IMG/VR virus record: IMGVR_UViG_2706795367_000001
Span: 32,001 to 96,000 of that record
Length of the DNA: 64,000 nucleotides
Source: a virus
Lineage: Duplodnaviria; Caudoviricetes
Strand: one strand, 5' to 3'
Both the position numbers and the translations under genes were made by a program. Under the pieces are notes generated by a model, which made no database searches, had not been told where the DNA came from, and saw nothing but the letters and a program-made list of their open reading frames with translations. Below are positions 10,102 through 18,782 of this stretch, piece by piece (position 1 is the first letter of the stretch; every line of letters begins with the position of its first letter).

Positions 10102-10272
10102 TTAGAGGTACATCCCAACCGGCGGCTGGGGTTCTTCCTCGTGGGGAAGGTGAGAGTCGAGATAATCAGCCGTCAAGCGGTTGGTGACCGCCGCGCCGGC
10201 GAGTAGGGCCCGCCGGGCAATCTCCCGGGTGATCGGAAAGCCGAGGCGATGAGTGACGACTTTGGCATCCAT
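10102..10272 (-). CDS. Hypothetical protein (56 aa)
   Basis: Hand-read ORF MDAKVVTHRLGF...VGMYL between lsr2 and the lipoprotein gene. Confidence 0.5.
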   Translation of the reverse strand: MDAKVVTHRLGFPITREIARRALLAGAAVTNRLTADYLDSHLPHEEEPQPPVGMYL

Positions 10273-10274
10273 GA

Positions 10275-10634
10275 TTACCCCGCGTGCGAGAACGTCGGGC
10301 CGTGCGCTTCTTCGAAGGCGTCGACAATGTCCTTGGGAATCCGGCCGCGGTCGGAAACCTTCTTGCCCTCTTTCCTGGCCCAGTCCCGAATGGCGCCGAG
10401 CTGGTCGGTCTTGCTGACCACCGGGGTCGCCTTTTTGGCGGGCGAGGCGTGGTGGGAACGCTTTGCCCCGCGGATCTTGCGAGCCGACTCGATGAATCCC
10501 GCGAGGGCTTTTTCAAGCTCCTCGTAGGTCGAGTCAACAAGATCGATTTCGTATTCCTCGCCGGCTAGGGCGAAGGCCCGCGTCTTAGCGCCTTCTTCAC
10601 CCGTGATGTCGTCGATCAATACAACTTTTCGCAT
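10275..10634 (-). CDS. lsr2: Lsr2-like nucleoid-associated DNA-bridging protein
   Basis: LIDDI...YEIDL dimerisation domain; IRDWAR...VSDRGRIP AT-hook domain. Confidence 0.93.
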   Translation of the reverse strand: MRKVVLIDDITGEEGAKTRAFALAGEEYEIDLVDSTYEELEKALAGFIESARKIRGAKRSHHASPAKKATPVVSKTDQLGAIRDWARKEGKKVSDRGRIPKDIVDAFEEAHGPTFSHAG

Positions 10635-10792
10635 TGCTGATACCCCTTTGCTCCTTGATTGGGCGAGTTTCATAAAAGAGTATCTCTATCTCCCCGGTTG
10701 TCAACCCCCGGGGAACAAGGGGAGGCCCAACTCCCAGAGTATTAGATAAGCCGCCTCGGCCTTGGTGATCTCCGTGCCCTCGAAAAAGAATC

Positions 10793-11089
10793 TCACTGCA
10801 GCCACCCGCCGGGGCGGTACACGTAGCCAAGGAACCGCGCTGGAATGGCGCTCGGATCGGCCGTCCACGCGGTGTACTCGGCCCAAGTCATCCCGAGAAA
10901 GGTGTGCAGCGGCGGAAGCTCATCGTCAGGACTGTCGTGCCACCTATCGATCAGATCGTCGAGGTACCGATTCCAGGCCGAGATGGTGACGGGCACGCCC
11001 TTACATGAGTGGATAGCCTCGAACACCCACTTGCCGCAGCGTTGGCATTCTTTCCGGCCGTCGCCGGGGTCGGTAGTCGGATGACTCAC
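10793..11089 (-). CDS. Hypothetical protein (paralog of 16018-16362)
   Basis: CxxCGKW..HSC and LHTFLGMTWAEY shared with the 16018 ORF. Confidence 0.65.
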   Translation of the reverse strand: MSHPTTDPGDGRKECQRCGKWVFEAIHSCKGVPVTISAWNRYLDDLIDRWHDSPDDELPPLHTFLGMTWAEYTAWTADPSAIPARFLGYVYRPGGWLQ

Positions 11090-11286
11090 TCCAGCGGCCT
11101 CACTTTCGTGCTCTTCACCGCCACCGTCTGATACGGGGATAGGCGGGAGGTAATGGACCCGTAATCCGCCTCCGGGTCCACTTTGATCGTGCAGAACACC
11201 CAGCCGCGCTCAACTTTCTCGACGTGGCCCCGGTGTTCTAGGCCTTCAAATTCGACGATGACGTCATCGCCAGGCTTGGGGGTCAT
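11086..11286 (-). CDS. Small SH3/KOW-like hypothetical protein
   Basis: KPGDDVIVEF..GHVEKV pattern. Confidence 0.6.
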   Translation of the reverse strand: MTPKPGDDVIVEFEGLEHRGHVEKVERGWVFCTIKVDPEADYGSITSRLSPYQTVAVKSTKVRPLE

Positions 11287-11452
11287 GCCTTCTCCAAAAG
11301 TCGGGTGAGGTCGGCGCGCACCGACCGGTAGACATCGTCCAGCGCGTTGATCGCGTTGGTGACGGTTGTGTGGGTGATGTCGGGTATCTCGACGGACACA
11401 TGCGGGCCATAACCTGCCCCGTAGAACTCGTGCTTGTTGAATACGTGCCTGT

Positions 11453-11830
11453 TCACAGTTCTTGCTCCCGCCAGTTAGGGTTGGCCGCCTCTATCGCGGC
11501 CGAGAAGTCTGCCAATTCGTCTCGCATCCAATCCGCGATCTCGCCGTCGCGGCTGTAGTGCTTGAAGCGCTTTCCCGGCCGGGTGGCGGCCATCCAGCAC
11601 GTCTTATCGGAGAACAGGTCCAGGTGGACCGAGCGGTCGCCGCCGCGCCAATAGAACGTCAGGTCCCCGTTGTCCGGCGCAATCGAGGCGTACACAGTAT
11701 CCGGGGTGAAAAGCTGCTCCACCACCTTGTAGCCCCACTGAGCCGTGTGCAGGCCGATGTGCCCGCCACTCCAGAGGTTGGCGATATCCAACTTGGCCCG
11801 CTCGGTAGCGGAGCGTGTATCAAGCTTCAT
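11453..11830 (-). CDS. Hypothetical protein
   Basis: ATGA-coupled ORF in the operon. Confidence 0.6.
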   Translation of the reverse strand: MKLDTRSATERAKLDIANLWSGGHIGLHTAQWGYKVVEQLFTPDTVYASIAPDNGDLTFYWRGGDRSVHLDLFSDKTCWMAATRPGKRFKHYSRDGEIADWMRDELADFSAAIEAANPNWREQEL

Positions 11831-12069
11831 GATTCCCCCGGCTCGAGGATCAGATGGGCCACCCCGGCGTCCGAGCGGTCGGGGATGTAGATGGACATCT
11901 CGGTCACGTAATAGACGGGCTCTTTTGAGCCCGGCCTGGCCGACACGTGCCACCCGCTATGGCCTTCGCGGCCGACGCAGAACACCTTCCCAACGCGATC
12001 ATTGGACTCGAATCCGCAGTGCTGGAGGTCGGCGACGCGCGGGCGCCCCTCCTTTAGGCGATGCTTCAT
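11827..12069 (-). CDS. Hypothetical protein
   Basis: 4-bp overlaps on both sides. Confidence 0.55.
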   Translation of the reverse strand: MKHRLKEGRPRVADLQHCGFESNDRVGKVFCVGREGHSGWHVSARPGSKEPVYYVTEMSIYIPDRSDAGVAHLILEPGES

Positions 12070-12353
12070 TCGACTACCCTCCAGCCGTCGATGTAGGGAG
12101 CCTTCAGCCGGGCGACATTGTCCTCGCCGTTGACCCCCACTGACCTCGGCAGCTTGACCACCGCGTAGCGCTCGGCATCTAGATCGGCCAGGATCACGTC
12201 AGCCGCGGCGCGGCGCACCTCATCACTCCACCCGGCGAGAAGTCCAAGGTTGCGCAGTGTGCGGGCAATACTTTCGGACGCCCCGACATCAATGAAGTCT
12301 GGGCGAGGATTGGAGCGCAGCATATCCTCGATCCATTCGCCTAACTCACTCAT
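12066..12353 (-). CDS. Hypothetical protein
   Basis: Coupled ORF; YAVVKLP module. Confidence 0.55.
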   Translation of the reverse strand: MSELGEWIEDMLRSNPRPDFIDVGASESIARTLRNLGLLAGWSDEVRRAAADVILADLDAERYAVVKLPRSVGVNGEDNVARLKAPYIDGWRVVE

Positions 12354-12546
12354 CACTCACCACGTATCCACGTTTGAAGAAGGCCGTCCGGACAATCTGC
12401 TCGGCAAGGTGAATCCCATGGGCCCGGCTGGAGTGGTTTCGAGAAACCTCGAAGGTGCCGGCGTCACATGTGGACTCGGCCTTGTCTATCTCGGCATTCC
12501 AGAGTTTGTCGAGTTCGGTCATGATCTCTTTGAGAATGTCGTTCAT
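12346..12546 (-). CDS. Hypothetical protein
   Basis: Coupled ORF. Confidence 0.55.
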   Translation of the reverse strand: MNDILKEIMTELDKLWNAEIDKAESTCDAGTFEVSRNHSSRAHGIHLAEQIVRTAFFKRGYVVSDE

Positions 12547-13001
12547 CCGAACCTCACATGTTCGCCAGCGTCAATCGCCCTACCCAGTCCTTCTATGAAG
12601 GTGCGTAGTCGCCCCCTCAGATAGTCATCATCATTCGCCAGCCGCTCGTACTCCGGCTCCAACTCTTCGAGCCTGGCCTTCAACCGGGGGAGATAGCCGC
12701 GTCGCAGCTCCCCGTCGCAATCCGAATGGATTAGCAGGTAGAGAACATCATCCTGCTTGGGGATTCCGTAGATGTCATCCGGCCGCCGCCAGACGGGGTC
12801 CTTCTTGCGCCATCGACCCTGGTAGTTGTCGAGCGTATAGAGATCCCAGTCAAAATCCAGAACCGGCCTGCCATGGCTCCAGTGGTCAGGGTCGCTAGGG
12901 ATGATGTAGGGGAGTCCGGCGGCGCGCCCAACAACCTCACGGAACCGGGTAAACCCGCTATAGGCCCCGTGCCAACAGTCGTGCGTAGTGTCTAGTCCCA
13001 T
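12543..13001 (-). CDS. Conserved phage hypothetical protein
   Basis: MGLDTTHDCWHGAYSGF...LIHSDCDGE family motif; GGAGG RBS. Confidence 0.7.
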   Translation of the reverse strand: MGLDTTHDCWHGAYSGFTRFREVVGRAAGLPYIIPSDPDHWSHGRPVLDFDWDLYTLDNYQGRWRKKDPVWRRPDDIYGIPKQDDVLYLLIHSDCDGELRRGYLPRLKARLEELEPEYERLANDDDYLRGRLRTFIEGLGRAIDAGEHVRFG

Positions 13002-13002
13002 C

Positions 13003-14258
13003 TCAATCCTCCCGGTACCAGGGCTTGATTTCGCCGACCCGCAGTCGCGGCCCGAACAAATGGCTAAATCCCCACAGAAACGTCGCCAGGCGGGAGCTGC
13101 GCTGGTCGATCCGGCGCCACAACGACATGGGCGCGAACGTCAGCGCGAAGCTGAACAATTCGATTGTCAGGATGACCCAAAACACGATCCACCACGGGGT
13201 GCTCATTCTCGCCACCTCCATTTGCCGTCCTCGCCCAGTTCCTGTATCGCGGTGTTCCACCAGCGCTCGGGCACCGGCCAGTCGACGGTGCACTCGGCGA
13301 GGCCGAATTTCTCGACAATCGCCTTAGCTCCAGCGTCTGCGTCACTGCCAAAGCACCCGCCGGGCATTGAGCGCAGAATGTCGGCTATCATCTTTTCGAT
13401 ATCGCTCATTCCGACCCCACCTTCTTCAACTCGCACGGGGAGTACACCCACTCGTCCTCGTCTTGGTCACCGAAATAAATGACCCAGTCCCCGTTGTGCT
13501 GCACGTACGACGCGGTGGCGATGCGGCCGAGATTCTCAGGGGGCCCGCCGACGAGGATCATCACCTTGTCACCCGGTTTGATGTTCATTTCAACTCCTTG
13601 ATCGCGCCCCGCCACTCACACGCGGCAAACCACTCCCGAAGACTGCCGACAAACTCTTCCGCCTCTTCTGGCCCGTCGAGATGAAACTCCGCGGCAACAG
13701 ATACGGTGCGTCCACTGAGAAGCGACCTGCCCTCGGGCCCCAATTCCCGGAGATGACACCAGATGAGGTACCACTCGCGGAAATAGTTGAAGATGTTCAT
13801 GAATTCTCTTTCCCGCAGGCATGGCCCCAGGCACGGTTGCACTCCTTGCAATGAACCTGAATCACCGCACGTACTCCCTCAGATACGACAGCGCCAACCG
13901 GACGCCCTCAGCTTTGCCCCGCAGCCGGTCGAAATCCGTTCCGTGCGGGAACTTGACGCGCTTCTCGTCGGCCATGAAGTTGAGTTTCACGATCGCGTCC
14001 TCCATGCGGTTGATGAGGTCAGAGACTTGATCAGAGTTCAGATCAGGCACCAGGCACCTCCCGCCAATCCCGGAACCTGAAAGTCCACAGCGACTCCCCG
14101 TACGACACCGGGCGGCCCGCATGAGAGATGGTTTTCGCGAGGACGTGTTCCTCGCCGATCGCGGTGATCTCGATGATCGTTTCGCCGCGTCCTTCGTCGC
14201 CGGCGAGTCGGGTTCCGACTGTCCAGCCGTTGCGGCGTGCGGTCTCTGCGTCGCTCAT
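13003..14258 (-). other. Six small translationally coupled hypothetical genes (13003-13206, 13203-13409, 13406-13588, 13585-13800, 13862-14050, 14043-14258)
   Basis: Consecutive ORFs with 4-8 bp start/stop overlaps and embedded RBS. Confidence 0.6.
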
Positions 14259-14608
14259 GCCTCGCTCCATCCCGACACCCAGCGGGATTCAATACCGGTC
14301 AATCTGCCTGAACCGGGATCATCGACACCGGGAGGGAAAACCACGTAGGAGCGCATCGCAATCTCAGCGTTCACACGTGTTCCGTGGATGGTCCCGCCAC
14401 CGGACTCGTGTCGTGCGATGTACTCAGGCCTGAGTCCTCCGAGTGCTTTGTCGATCTCCTCGGCCAAGTGCTCGGCACATGTGGGAGGTCCCCAGCGAAC
14501 CCCCTCCTGCCACCCGCAGGAGCACAGCCCATCCTCGCCGTCTCGGCTGTCGATGGGGCGATGCTTGCCGATCACGTCGGCGATCACGTTCTGGGCTTCG
14601 CTGCTCAT
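14255..14608 (-). CDS. Mosaic hypothetical protein (family A)
   Basis: Shares EIDxALGGLR with the 15737 ORF and SRWVSGWSEA with the 16748 ORF. Confidence 0.65.
   Translation of the reverse strand: MSSEAQNVIADVIGKHRPIDSRDGEDGLCSCGWQEGVRWGPPTCAEHLAEEIDKALGGLRPEYIARHESGGGTIHGTRVNAEIAMRSYVVFPPGVDDPGSGRLTGIESRWVSGWSEA
14259..14287. repeat. 29-bp direct repeat copy 1 (copy 2 at 16752-16780)
   Basis: GCCTCGCTCCATCCCGACACCCAGCGGGA identical in both copies. Confidence 0.9.
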
Positions 14609-14970
14609 GCTTCCTCCTCTGACAGAATTGCGAGAATCTCATTGACGCTGACGACCTGCGCACCATTCCAGTCGTCCTCCCAGGGGTCTCGCAGATGAGG
14701 GGCCGCGGTGCACAGGTCCCGCAATTTCCGTTCACGCTCACGAGTCCGCTCAACCTCGGCCACCAGCTCAGGGATGAGAGTCCGGGATGCCGCGATGAAC
14801 TCGCCGTCATGGTCGGGCAGTCCGTAGGTCATGGACTCGCCAGCGCCGTCGAAGAGGATCGACTCTGCGTAGTCGCCGTTCTGGTTCTGTCCGCCCCAGT
14901 GCTGGAACGTCCATGGCCCTTCGGTCACGCCTTCCAGTGCGCCCTTGGCGCGCTCAACAACATCACTCAC
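14605..14970 (-). CDS. Mosaic hypothetical protein (MSDVVERAK family)
   Basis: Identical 5' end to the 15376 ORF; EGVTEGPW..FIAA shared with the 50194 ORF. Confidence 0.65.
   Translation of the reverse strand: MSDVVERAKGALEGVTEGPWTFQHWGGQNQNGDYAESILFDGAGESMTYGLPDHDGEFIAASRTLIPELVAEVERTRERERKLRDLCTAAPHLRDPWEDDWNGAQVVSVNEILAILSEEEA
14943..14969. repeat. 27-bp direct repeat copy 1 (copy 2 at 15717-15743)
   Basis: CCTTGGCGCGCTCAACAACATCACTCA identical. Confidence 0.9.
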
Positions 14971-15379
14971 GGTCTTCCCCCTCGGCTACAGCAGCAGCAG
15001 CAGCAGCGAGTAGGGCAGCGCCGAAGTCGCGCAGCTGATCGTCGTCCCAGTCGTAGCAGTCGTCCCTGCCAATGTCTTCCAGACGCAGCTGAGTCCAACC
15101 GTCCTTGAACGTCACCACCGTGCCGTCGGCAAACGTGGTGTTCCCGTACTCGTCCACGTCCGGTTCGGGTAGTTGGATTACCGCCACACCCGGAAGAGAC
15201 GCAATGACATCAGCGACATGTGAGTCATGGTCTCCACCGTCCTGCTCGGTCCATTCGCAGCCCATGCAGGCATCGAGGTTCAACAGGAACTCCTGGCGGC
15301 GCGGATGGTTGATCCGCTTCGTCGTCGGCTTGTGCGCTTTGATGGCTTCTGTGAGTACTGCACGCAACTCCCCGCTCAC
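14963..15379 (-). CDS. Mosaic hypothetical protein (ELRAVLTEA family)
   Basis: Two exact DNA blocks shared with the 16840 ORF. Confidence 0.65.
   Translation of the reverse strand: MSGELRAVLTEAIKAHKPTTKRINHPRRQEFLLNLDACMGCEWTEQDGGDHDSHVADVIASLPGVAVIQLPEPDVDEYGNTTFADGTVVTFKDGWTQLRLEDIGRDDCYDWDDDQLRDFGAALLAAAAAAVAEGEDRE
15162..15194. repeat. 33-bp direct repeat copy 1 (copy 2 at 17045-17077)
   Basis: GGTTCGGGTAGTTGGATTACCGCCACACCCGGA identical. Confidence 0.9.
15344..15370. repeat. 27-bp direct repeat copy 1 (copy 2 at 17203-17229)
   Basis: GGCTTCTGTGAGTACTGCACGCAACTC identical. Confidence 0.9.
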
Positions 15380-15744
15380 GCCTCCTCCAAAGAGTCCGTA
15401 GGGATGTAGAGCACGCGGGCCGGAAGGTCGACCTCATCGCTTGGGCAGGGCACTTCGTAACCGCTGCGATACCAAGGCCCATACAGGGCGGCGAGGTGAT
15501 GATCGGCCCAGTTGACGTAGTTGTCCCCGATGTCTGACCCTCCGAGTGGCATGATCACTGCCCCAATTGGTAGCGCGTCGAGTTCTTCGACGGTCTCGAC
15601 CACCTTGGGGCGCAGACGCTCAACCTCGGCTACCAATTCGGCGAGCAGCCGGTAGGACCGGCCCGGTGCGACCGCGACCCGAGACCCCTTCGCCACTTCG
15701 TAGTCGACCAGCGCAGCCTTGGCGCGCTCAACAACATCACTCAT
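15376..15744 (-). CDS. Mosaic hypothetical protein (MSDVVERAK family)
   Basis: See repeat features. Confidence 0.65.
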   Translation of the reverse strand: MSDVVERAKAALVDYEVAKGSRVAVAPGRSYRLLAELVAEVERLRPKVVETVEELDALPIGAVIMPLGGSDIGDNYVNWADHHLAALYGPWYRSGYEVPCPSDEVDLPARVLYIPTDSLEEA

Positions 15745-16021
15745 CAGGTATCTCCATCCAGTGGGTAACGAATCGGGTTGCAGGCTCTGGCACGCCCAGC
15801 TCGAAGATGCTCTCGATTACGCGGGTTTCCCGCCTGAGTCCTCCGAGGGCTCTGTCGATCTCGGCGGCGACGTGGGCCTCGAAATCGTCGAGCGAACCGT
15901 CGCGGAAATCACATTCACCCACCCGCGTACCCTGGCAGCGGGAGTGTCCAGTTTCCAGGTTTAACGTCCGCCGGTGTCGGCGCTGAACCGCGATCATGAT
16001 CTTCTGCGCGTCCCCGCTCAT
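15737..16021 (-). CDS. Mosaic hypothetical protein (family A)
   Basis: See repeat features. Confidence 0.6.
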   Translation of the reverse strand: MSGDAQKIMIAVQRRHRRTLNLETGHSRCQGTRVGECDFRDGSLDDFEAHVAAEIDRALGGLRRETRVIESIFELGVPEPATRFVTHWMEIPDE

Positions 16022-16515
16022 GCTTCCTCCCCGGGGCTGTAGGCGTGACCGAGAAACCGCGCCGGGACGGCGGACGGATCAGTCGTCCACGCGGCGTACT
16101 CAGCCCATGTCATGCCAAGGAAGGTGTGCAGTGGCATGCCGTCATCGGGGCTGGTGTGCCAGCGTTCGATCAACTCGTCCAGGTACCGGTTCCAGGCCGG
16201 GATGGTGACCGGGATGCCTTTGCATGAATGGATGACCTCGAACACCCACTTGCCGCATCGTTCGCATTCAGCGCGGCCATCACCGCGATGGCACTGAACG
16301 GCGCGGTCTTCCGCAGCGCCCATTAACGCTTCGAATGCCACAAACCTCGGATTGCCAGTCACGCTTCCTCCCCCTGTAGCTGCGAGAACGTCTTCGTAGG
16401 TGTCCCACCACTGCGGGCAGTCGTTGCAGAACCACTCTCCGGGCCGAGAGTCGCTGCTCGTTCCGGGGCCGCTTTCTGGCCGCTTGATCACGACACGGTG
16501 CGCGCATCGATTCAC
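16018..16515 (-). CDS. Hypothetical protein, apparent fusion of two small genes (internal GTG start at 16362)
   Basis: Internal junction GCTACAGGGGGAGGAAGCGTGA. Confidence 0.55.
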   Translation of the reverse strand: MNRCAHRVVIKRPESGPGTSSDSRPGEWFCNDCPQWWDTYEDVLAATGGGSVTGNPRFVAFEALMGAAEDRAVQCHRGDGRAECERCGKWVFEVIHSCKGIPVTIPAWNRYLDELIERWHTSPDDGMPLHTFLGMTWAEYAAWTTDPSAVPARFLGHAYSPGEEA

Positions 16516-16748
16516 GGGTGTTCCTCCCCTGTAGCCACAACCGCAGCAGCAGCGGCAGCGGCCATCGCGGCGTCCAACGTTTCCTCATACCCCCACGCCA
16601 AAACCCGTCCGCACGTGTTGTCCTCCACAGACCAACGGAAGTCACCAGCCACATCGGGCGGGATGATCCACGCGTTGCGCCGGTCACCGAGGAGTTCTGC
16701 CCGCCACCTACCGGGGCCAACAAAACCGGTGAACCATTCCCACGTCAT
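16512..16748 (-). CDS. Hypothetical protein
   Basis: TGATG coupling to the upstream 30-aa ORF; MTWEWFTG start. Confidence 0.6.
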   Translation of the reverse strand: MTWEWFTGFVGPGRWRAELLGDRRNAWIIPPDVAGDFRWSVEDNTCGRVLAWGYEETLDAAMAAAAAAAVVATGEEHP

Positions 16749-16840
16749 CACGCCTCGCTCCATCCCGACACCCAGCGGGAACGGACTTCGTAGCAATCAT
16801 CCGGCCACTGATCGTCTTGGTAGTACGGCTGATGGCCCAT
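16748..16840 (-). pseudogene. 30-aa chimeric remnant (methylase-like N-terminus + shared C-terminus)
   Basis: MGHQPYYQDDQWPDDCYEVRSRWVSGWSEA read by hand. Confidence 0.5.
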
Positions 16841-17238
16841 CATTCCTCCGCCTCTTCTGCATAGCTGGCGGCTGCCAGGATCGAGGCCGCCAATCCGCGT
16901 GCTTCATCGACGCTCAGCGGCTCGTCGCACCAAGCGCCCGCCCGGATCTGGACCTCGCCCGGATGCCCGTCGAACACCACCGGCACATACAGGCCGACAC
17001 CGGGAAAGTCGGTGAACTCCTGCTCTTCGTCTTCATGCTCGTCGGGTTCGGGTAGTTGGATTACCGCCACACCCGGAGCCGTATCGAGAGCGTCAAGTTG
17101 GTGCGCGGCGAACTCGGCGGCGTCGGTGACGGCTGGGTTGGCCGGTTCCCAGTCACACCCCGAGCAGTTGAATCCGTAATTCTCCGGCTGGTGTCCGGCG
17201 AGGGCTTCTGTGAGTACTGCACGCAACTCGGGGTTCAC
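16840..17238 (-). CDS. Mosaic hypothetical protein (ELRAVLTEA family)
   Basis: See repeat features. Confidence 0.65.
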   Translation of the reverse strand: MNPELRAVLTEALAGHQPENYGFNCSGCDWEPANPAVTDAAEFAAHQLDALDTAPGVAVIQLPEPDEHEDEEQEFTDFPGVGLYVPVVFDGHPGEVQIRAGAWCDEPLSVDEARGLAASILAAASYAEEAEE

Positions 17239-17477
17239 TGTTCCCCCTCGGCAGCAACATCATCCAAATACGCGGGGCATCTACCTTCTTCCACGAGTGT
17301 CATGTTCGTGATGTCCGCAGAGAACAGGGCCGACGGCCAGTACTTGTCGTCGAGGCTTTCGAATTCCCGTCGAACTTCGTTGTAGTCACTGTCGATCTTC
17401 CAATCGATTTCGTGCGCTTCGATGCGGTCCCCTGGGGAGATGCCATCGCGGGTCCAGAAGATTCCGTAGACTTTCAT
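17235..17477 (-). CDS. Hypothetical protein
   Basis: Coupled ORF. Confidence 0.6.
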   Translation of the reverse strand: MKVYGIFWTRDGISPGDRIEAHEIDWKIDSDYNEVRREFESLDDKYWPSALFSADITNMTLVEEGRCPAYLDDVAAEGEQ

Positions 17478-17655
17478 GCCTCGTCGCCTTTCAGTTCTCG
17501 GTTCCGTTCAATGGCCTGCCACATTCACTTCTTCACTCCTTTGATCAGCTCCCGGATCTTGTCCTGCGACAGAGCCTCGCGGGCGATACCTACGATCAGC
17601 CCGCCGACGAGAGCGCCGGCGATACCGATACCTCCTGCGGCGATGCCCAGCAGTT

Positions 17656-17925
17656 TCATAGACCCAGCTCCTCGGTGGTGTAGATGAGCTTTGCGGTGTC
17701 GCAGGGCCAATCGACCTCGCAGTGTTCGCATACGCGGTCTCTGAGTCGGCAGTCCTCTCCGCTGCAGCAGGCGTTGATGCAGTTGCTCCACCGAGGGCGG
17801 TGCAGTTCGCGGATCGGCTCCAACGCCTCACGGGCAGCGACAATTGCTGTGGGCCACGGTGGGGTGTCCAAGTCGTACTGGGCCTTCCATGCCCGTTGTG
17901 CGGCTTCTACTGCTGGATCACTCAT
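17656..17925 (-). CDS. Hypothetical protein (paralog of 42280-42525)
   Basis: MSDPAVEAA..AAREALEPIR..WPC..LIYTTEEL. Confidence 0.65.
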   Translation of the reverse strand: MSDPAVEAAQRAWKAQYDLDTPPWPTAIVAAREALEPIRELHRPRWSNCINACCSGEDCRLRDRVCEHCEVDWPCDTAKLIYTTEELGL

Positions 17926-18178
17926 CGCCAGCCTCCAACACTTTGGTGATCATGCCCCGGAGACCGGTCAGCTCTTCGCGGGAGAATCTCCCGGCAACCC
18001 ATCCCTGAGTGCCGGAGTCGTTTGTCTTTTTCAGCTCAAACTCGCGGCCGTAATGCCTACGGTCGAAGTCGTGATCCCTCAACTTTAGGATCTGCCAATG
18101 ATCTTCACTGAAGCCGGGAAGGGTGGAGATGTAGAGGCCGAGGATTTCTTCGCCCCACTGGTTCTGGTGCTGGGTCAC
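17918..18178 (-). CDS. Hypothetical protein
   Basis: GTGA overlap; GAGGAAG RBS. Confidence 0.55.
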   Translation of the reverse strand: MTQHQNQWGEEILGLYISTLPGFSEDHWQILKLRDHDFDRRHYGREFELKKTNDSGTQGWVAGRFSREELTGLRGMITKVLEAGDE

Positions 18179-18492
18179 TTCTTCCTCGAAATCCGGTAGC
18201 CGAGAGAATCCGCCCACTGCTTGAGTAACGCCACCTGGCCCTCAATGGTGCGATGAGAGCTCACATACCAGCCGGTGTGGACTTTCGTGGAGAAGTTCCC
18301 GCCGACCGCGATCAGCTGAGTGGCATCGGCGTGCTCGGCGGCCTGCACATTCACGTTGTTCACGTAGATCCCGACGCCGAAGGTTCCGCCCTGGTTCATG
18401 TTGAGCTTGATTCCCTCAACGAAATCGTCGGGGTATTTCTCCAGCTGATCGAAACCGTCGTTGAGAATGGTTAGGTTGGTCATGTATCCCAT
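18175..18492 (-). CDS. Hypothetical protein
   Basis: GGAGG RBS; coupled to xis. Confidence 0.65.
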   Translation of the reverse strand: MGYMTNLTILNDGFDQLEKYPDDFVEGIKLNMNQGGTFGVGIYVNNVNVQAAEHADATQLIAVGGNFSTKVHTGWYVSSHRTIEGQVALLKQWADSLGYRISRKK

Positions 18493-18689
18493 CACGCCTC
18501 CCGAAACTGTTGCCTGAGCCATTCCCTGGCCTCTTCACGCTGGACCATCACTCGCCGGCCGATGCGGGCGTACCGCGGTCCGTAGCCCACCTGGCGCCAA
18601 TACCGCGCCGTGGCGAGCGACACCTGCGCCTCACGGGCGAAGTCTTCGAGCGTCATGAGGAACGGCTCGTTTGAAGTGTGCTGCTGCAT
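18492..18689 (-). CDS. xis: Excisionase (MerR/AlpA-type HTH)
   Basis: TARYWRQVGYGPRYARIGRRV motif; divergent from int; alternative start 18656. Confidence 0.8.
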   Translation of the reverse strand: MQQHTSNEPFLMTLEDFAREAQVSLATARYWRQVGYGPRYARIGRRVMVQREEAREWLRQQFREA

Positions 18690-18782
18690 GAACCTAACTG
18701 TACTTCACTACGGGGCGTTATGGAATGCAGTGCAGTGTTGAGATTCCTCAACAAAAACGGTTTCCCTGCATACGCTGTCCGT

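Noticed and set aside
10793-16300. Diversity-generating retroelement template/variable repeat pair
   Set aside because: No reverse transcriptase in the window, and differences between the paralogs do not appear restricted to adenines
14255-17240. CRISPR array or integron
   Set aside because: Repeats are different pairs inside coding sequence, irregularly spaced and non-palindromic; no cas genes or attC structure
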